Assembly: GCA_049964795.1 (NCBI GenBank)
Contig: JBMFWY010000016.1
Span: forward strand, 1 to 16,138
Direction: 5' to 3'
Source of the DNA: Candidatus Micrarchaeia archaeon
GTDB lineage: Archaea > Micrarchaeota > Micrarchaeia > Micrarchaeales > Micrarchaeaceae
DNA: 16,138 bases
The translations under genes and the position numbers were made by a program. The notes below the pieces were generated by a model. The model did no database searches. It saw nothing but the letters and a program-made list of their open reading frames with translations, and was not told the origin of the DNA. Positions 15,982-16,138 of the stretch are shown here, piece after piece; within the stretch, counting starts at the first letter, position 1; the number at the start of each line of letters is the position of its first letter.

Positions 15982-16089
15982 TGCCGCAGGTCGGATTTGA
16001 ACCGACGACATTCCGGTTTCTGCTTCTTCATCAAACATCTCAAAGAAGCCTTACTTCAGCCGGACGCTCTCCCACTGAGCTACTGCGGC
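15982..16089 (-). tRNA. tRNA-Phe(GAA) with a 36-nt intron at position 37/38 (intron 16018..16053)
   Basis: Acceptor GCCGCAG/CTGCGGC+A, D arm GCTC/GAGC, anticodon stem TCCGG/CCGGA with loop CTGAAG^A after intron removal, T arm GTCGG-TTCAAAT-CCGAC. TTTAAA box upstream on the minus strand. Confidence 0.95.
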
Positions 16090-16138
16090 AACTAAATAGA
16101 TTTTGCCATAAATGTTTAAATCTCTTTGTTTTCGCTGC

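Overview
Archaeal chromosomal window, gene-dense and mostly housekeeping. Evidence for Archaea: rpl40e, an intron-containing tRNA, TATA-box promoters and a DUF2666-like gene. A DPANN/Micrarchaeota-like origin is my inference from gene content and protein style, not proven. Left to right: a hypothetical ORF; an Mrp/ApbC-like ATPase lacking the Fe-S-binding CxxC; a secreted sequon-rich protein; RNase HI; a TPR+AAA ATPase; a 5-TM protein; an RMD1/DUF155-like protein; a 910-aa tandem metallophosphoesterase transcribed divergently from an enlarged HMG-CoA synthase; an rpl40e-wHTH-DUF2666 operon (rpl40e is missing from the ORF track); a PRC-barrel protein; a DHH phosphoesterase; tRNA-Gly(GCC); uppS; a hotdog thioesterase; and a YdcF/DUF218 protein. 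The window ends in an AT-rich decayed stretch (perfect 23-bp promoter duplication, IS5-family transposase remnant, pseudogene) next to tRNA-Phe(GAA), which has a 36-nt intron with a relaxed splice motif. The best candidate for something undescribed is the 910-aa protein: a degenerate phosphoesterase domain carrying a long coiled coil, plus an intact phosphoesterase domain. It shares a palindrome-rich promoter region with the insertion-laden HMG-CoA synthase. No CRISPR array or rRNA gene was seen.
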